Assembly (NCBI GenBank): GCA_017509685.1
Contig: JAFWPA010000087.1
Span: 768 to 64,767 of the forward strand
From: Bacteroidales bacterium
GTDB taxonomy: Bacteria > Bacteroidota > Bacteroidia > Bacteroidales > UBA932
Length of the DNA stretch: 64,000 nucleotides
Direction: 5' to 3'
Part shown: one piece after another, positions 60,919-64,000 of the stretch
How the letters are laid out: every line of letters starts with the position of its first letter
Numbering within the stretch: the first letter of the stretch is position 1
Made by a program: the position numbers and the translations under genes
Notes under the pieces: model-generated
The model's database searches: none
What the model was told of the DNA's origin: nothing
Seen by the model: the letters and a program-made list of their open reading frames with translations, nothing else

Positions 60919-63855
60919 ATGCTCATTGCCTCCCTTTTGCTTTTGACGGTGCTGCCTTACTGGCAGGATATGCAGGTAACCTCCGTGAATGCCGAAACCC
61001 GGCGTACGGAGGTGGTGTGGTTTGCCAGCCGGGAAGACGCTCTTGCCCGGAGCATCCGGGAGAGCGAAAACTACCTGGACCTGAACGGCGAATGGGACTT
61101 CAAATACTTTGAAGACCACCGTCAGATGGCCGTTCCGGAGCAGTGGGACCGGATCCGGGTTCCCGGTAACTGGGAAGTGCAGGGCTGGGGAACCGCCATC
61201 TATACCAACATTCCTTACGACTTCTGTCCCAAGGACCCGGTGCCGCCGGTCCTGCCCGAAGCCTTTCCGTCGGCGCTGTATCACCGGCGTTTTACCCTGC
61301 CCCAAAACTGGCAGGGCCGGGAGGTGTACCTGAATCTTTGCGGTGCCAAAAGCGGCTGCTACGTCTATGTGAACGGCCGGGAGGTGGGTTATGGAGAGGA
61401 TTCCAAGAGCCTGGCCCGCTACCGCATCACGGAATATGTGCAGGAAGGAGAGAACGAAATTGTGCTGCAACTGTACCGTTACAGCACGGGATCCTTCCTG
61501 GAAGACCAAGACTTCTGGCGCCTGAGCGGCTTGGAGCGGGACGTGTACCTGTCCAGCGAGAAAGCCGATACGGGCTTTGACTTTAGCGTAGTTTCTACCC
61601 TGGCCGATGACCTGGAAACCGGCCTCTTCGGCCTGGAAATGCGCAGCGCGCAGCCCGTGGAAGCCGGCTATGAGCTGCTGGACAGGGACGGAACCCGGGT
61701 TGCCGCCGGGCGGTTGCCCATGGAGGATAGCGCCAGCATCCCTCACGTGCGCCGCTGGAGCGCCGAAACGCCGGAACTGTATACTTTATTATTGCAGGTA
61801 AACGGCGAATACACCCGCTTTCACGTGGGTTTCCGCCGCCTGGAAATCCAGACGGTGAAAGACGGTGACAGGGAAGTGAAAGCCCTTCTCCTGAACGGCC
61901 AACCGGTCAAGTTCAAGGGTGTGAACCTGCACGAGCACAATCCCTATACCGGCCATTATGTGACGAAGGAAGACTTGCTGGAGGACATGCTCCTGATGAA
62001 GCGGGCCAATATTAACGCCATCCGCACCTGCCACTACCCGCAGCCGCGGGAGTTCTACGAGCTGTGCGACTCCCTGGGCTTCTATGTGTACGACGAAGCC
62101 AATGTGGAAAGCCACGGCATGGGTTACAGCCTGGACAGGACCTTGGGTAACAGGCCGGAGTGGTATCCTAAGCACATAGACCGTATCCTGAACATGTACC
62201 GCCGTACGGCCAATTACCCCTGCGTCACTATCCTGTCCCTGGGTAACGAGGCCGGCAACGGCATTAACTTCTACAATGCGTACCGAGAACTCAAGGCGCT
62301 GGAGGAAAACGGCCAGAACCGCCCCGTAGTGTATGAACGGGCCGAATACGAGTGGAACACCGACATGATTGTGCCCCAGTACCCCGGCGCCGACTGGTTC
62401 CGCCGGATGGGGGAGACCTATTTCGAACGCCCCGTATGCCCCAGTGAATACGCCCACGCCATGGGCAATTCTACCGGATCCCTGGACTGGCAGTGGGAGC
62501 AGATTTACGCCCACACGCATCTGCAGGGCGGTTTCATCTGGGACTGGGTAGACCAGGGCCTCTATGACAAGGAACGCGGCTGGACCTATGGCGGCGACTA
62601 TGGGGAAAGCGCCCCGTCCGACGGCAACTTCTGCTGCAACGGTATCGTGAACCCCGACCGGCAGCCGCATCCCGCCTTCTACGAAGTGCAGCACGTCTAT
62701 CAGAATGTGAGCATCCGCGCGCTGGATGCCGAAAACGGACAGTTCCAGATTTTCAACCGCCATTACTTTACCTCCCTGGACGGTTACCGTGTAAAATGGT
62801 GGGTAGAGCGGGATGGCAGGCGTCCCTTCTGGTGGTTCAGCCATAAAATGCATTTTGCCACCGCTCCGCAGGAGGCCGAAACCTTTACCCTGAGGCTTCC
62901 CCGCACGAAAAAGGCAGGGGAGTACCGCCTCTTCTTCGAGGTGTATGAAGGAAAGGACGTGGTGGCAACAGAGGAAATCCTGCTCAAGGACACTACCGTT
63001 CCGGTGGAACGCAGCGTAAAAGGAAGTGTGAGCATAACGGAAGACGACGCGCAGATAACTGTATATAGTAATAAGGTGGAACTGGTCTTTGACAAGGCCA
63101 CGGGGTGTGTGAAGAGCTGGAAAGTGAAGGGGAAAGACCTCGTCGACCCCACCTTCGGTATCCGTCCCAACTTCTGGCGTCCGTCCAATGACAATGACTA
63201 TGGGAACGGCGCTCCGGCCCGTACGCAGGTGTACCGGCAGTACAGTTGCCCGCTGCACGTGAGCGTCCGGCAGGAAGACGGGAAGGCCGTCATCGTGGTA
63301 GAAGGTACGGGCGTGCGCGCGCGGGAAACGTACTGCGTGGGCGCCGACGGCAGCCTGCGTATCCGCGTGGAGACGGCGCCTGCCCCAGACCTGACGGGTG
63401 TGGAGATTCCGCGTCTGGGATTCCGCTTCCGCATGGCCGATGACCGCTTCCGCTACTTCGGCCGCGGCCCCTGGGAGAATTACTGGGACCGCTGCAGCGC
63501 CAGTTTCAAGCGTATCTGGAGTTCATCGGCCCAGGCCGAATACTATCCTTACGTGCGTCCGCAGGAAAGCGGCCACCACACGGATGTCTCCTGGCTGGAA
63601 ATCGGCCCCGTGCGCGTAGAAGGCTCCTTTGAATTTAACGCCCTGCGCCAGGGCGTGGAAGACCTGGACGGCGGTCCCGGCAAGGCGCAGACGCACCTTT
63701 GCGACATTCCCGTGAGAGACTTTACCGAAGTGTGCGTGGACTACCGCATGAGCGGCGTGGGCGGCTATGACAGCTGGGGCGCCCGCCCCGAACCCACCCG
63801 GACGCTCTGGAGCGACCGGGCCTACCAATACGAAATGACCTTAATACCTGAATAA
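60919..63855 (+). CDS. GH2 beta-galactosidase (LacZ-like), copy 2
   Basis: [40 protein letters not shown]. Confidence 0.94.
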   Translation: MLIASLLLLTVLPYWQDMQVTSVNAETRRTEVVWFASREDALARSIRESENYLDLNGEWDFKYFEDHRQMAVPEQWDRIRVPGNWEVQGWGTAIYTNIPYDFCPKDPVPPVLPEAFPSALYHRRFTLPQNWQGREVYLNLCGAKSGCYVYVNGREVGYGEDSKSLARYRITEYVQEGENEIVLQLYRYSTGSFLEDQDFWRLSGLERDVYLSSEKADTGFDFSVVSTLADDLETGLFGLEMRSAQPVEAGYELLDRDGTRVAAGRLPMEDSASIPHVRRWSAETPELYTLLLQVNGEYTRFHVGFRRLEIQTVKDGDREVKALLLNGQPVKFKGVNLHEHNPYTGHYVTKEDLLEDMLLMKRANINAIRTCHYPQPREFYELCDSLGFYVYDEANVESHGMGYSLDRTLGNRPEWYPKHIDRILNMYRRTANYPCVTILSLGNEAGNGINFYNAYRELKALEENGQNRPVVYERAEYEWNTDMIVPQYPGADWFRRMGETYFERPVCPSEYAHAMGNSTGSLDWQWEQIYAHTHLQGGFIWDWVDQGLYDKERGWTYGGDYGESAPSDGNFCCNGIVNPDRQPHPAFYEVQHVYQNVSIRALDAENGQFQIFNRHYFTSLDGYRVKWWVERDGRRPFWWFSHKMHFATAPQEAETFTLRLPRTKKAGEYRLFFEVYEGKDVVATEEILLKDTTVPVERSVKGSVSITEDDAQITVYSNKVELVFDKATGCVKSWKVKGKDLVDPTFGIRPNFWRPSNDNDYGNGAPARTQVYRQYSCPLHVSVRQEDGKAVIVVEGTGVRARETYCVGADGSLRIRVETAPAPDLTGVEIPRLGFRFRMADDRFRYFGRGPWENYWDRCSASFKRIWSSSAQAEYYPYVRPQESGHHTDVSWLEIGPVRVEGSFEFNALRQGVEDLDGGPGKAQTHLCDIPVRDFTEVCVDYRMSGVGGYDSWGARPEPTRTLWSDRAYQYEMTLIPE

Positions 63856-63857
63856 CG

Positions 63858-64000
63858 ATGAAATACTGGAAATTCCTGGCCATAGCAGGTGTGGCCTTTG
63901 CTTTGGGATGTACCTGCACCCCCGAAACTCACAAGACAGATGAGCAGAAGGAAGGCGGCACCGAAACCGGCACCGATACCCCCGGTACCGACCCCGGTAC
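63858..64000 (+). CDS. Lipoprotein, N-terminus only (runs off the window)
   Basis: MKYWKFLAIAGVAFALGC...GTETGTDTPGTDPG. Confidence 0.7.
   Translation, partial: MKYWKFLAIAGVAFALGCTCTPETHKTDEQKEGGTETGTDTPGTDPG

Overview
A GC-rich (about 58%), gene-dense chromosomal segment of a Bacteroidales/Bacteroidota bacterium. The assignment rests on TAnnTTTG promoters, GldH, BACON, the rseC-rnfBCDGEA order and a PG0541-type gene. Housekeeping and transport genes make up most of the window: lgt (partial), a TolC/MFP/RND efflux operon, trxA, ispB-like, holB, ricT/PSP1, gldH, trmB, merR-family, nif3, dnaB, rseC-rnfBCDGEA, dcu, nhaC, tRNA-Arg(TCT), gltS, wza/wzz, rnr, recO, rdgB, U32 and S41 peptidases, a MacAB-TolC-like ABC exporter, GH3, and two inverted GH2 paralogues. 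I saw no integrase, transposase, CRISPR array or prophage. Three observations stand out. (1) A 122-bp palindromic, multi-hairpin element with a 21-bp perfect terminal inverted repeat sits in frame inside trmB and adds a 40-aa loop. GC skew flips across this element within the same ORF. (2) A 102-aa orphan next to the tRNA has a motif order matching eukaryotic PHPT1/Janus-Ocnus phosphohistidine phosphatases. (3) A Kelch-propeller/TM/AraC one-component sensor is paired with a BACON-YD lipoprotein. All calls come from manual motif recognition; no database searches were run.
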